Of a stretch of DNA of 37,078 nt, positions 37,074 through 37,078 are shown piece after piece. The position numbers were made by a program, and so were the translations under genes. Position 1 is the stretch's first letter. Every line of letters begins with the position of its first letter. A model generated the notes under the pieces. The model was not told where the DNA came from. It was given only the letters and a program-made list of their open reading frames with translations, and did no database searches. The stretch covers positions 1 to 37,078 of the forward strand of contig CAVPGK010000002.1 in NCBI GenBank assembly GCA_963703955.1. The letters are read 5' to 3'. The stretch is from Nitrospirota bacterium (GTDB taxonomy: Bacteria; Nitrospirota; Nitrospiria; Nitrospirales; Nitrospiraceae).

Positions 37074-37078
37074 TCGAA

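Overview
This is a GC-rich Gram-negative chromosomal segment. Gene order and style are reminiscent of Nitrospirota, but that is an unverified impression. The left 6.5 kb is a putative metal-homeostasis neighbourhood. On the + strand are a HAD hydrolase tail, a HIT protein, a signal-peptide-bearing SAM methyltransferase and a CDF transporter. These converge on a - strand unit made of a His-rich RAPP-motif leader ORF, a TonB-dependent receptor, a small TonB-C protein and a PAP2 phosphatase. The middle holds tatD, a NYN/YacP nuclease, an AmiC-type amidase, truA and a TPR protein. From 11746 to the end is one co-directional - strand run. In transcription order it contains glycosyltransferases and a wecB/wbpI-like epimerase, a wcaJ-like priming transferase, uxs, rfbA, rfbB, rfbD, gmd, a kdsC-like gene, manC, algC, DUF3108, fbp, fbaB, degP/Q, PIN-TRAM, ispD, ispF and cysE. 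The best candidate novel system is the exported His-rich RAPP ribosome-arrest leader (6197-6529): its arrest codons are complementary to the Shine-Dalgarno region of the downstream TonB-dependent transporter. Four apparent frameshifts (PAP2 twice, the receptor, the TPR gene) may be sequencing errors. No rRNA, tRNA, CRISPR array or transposase was recognised.
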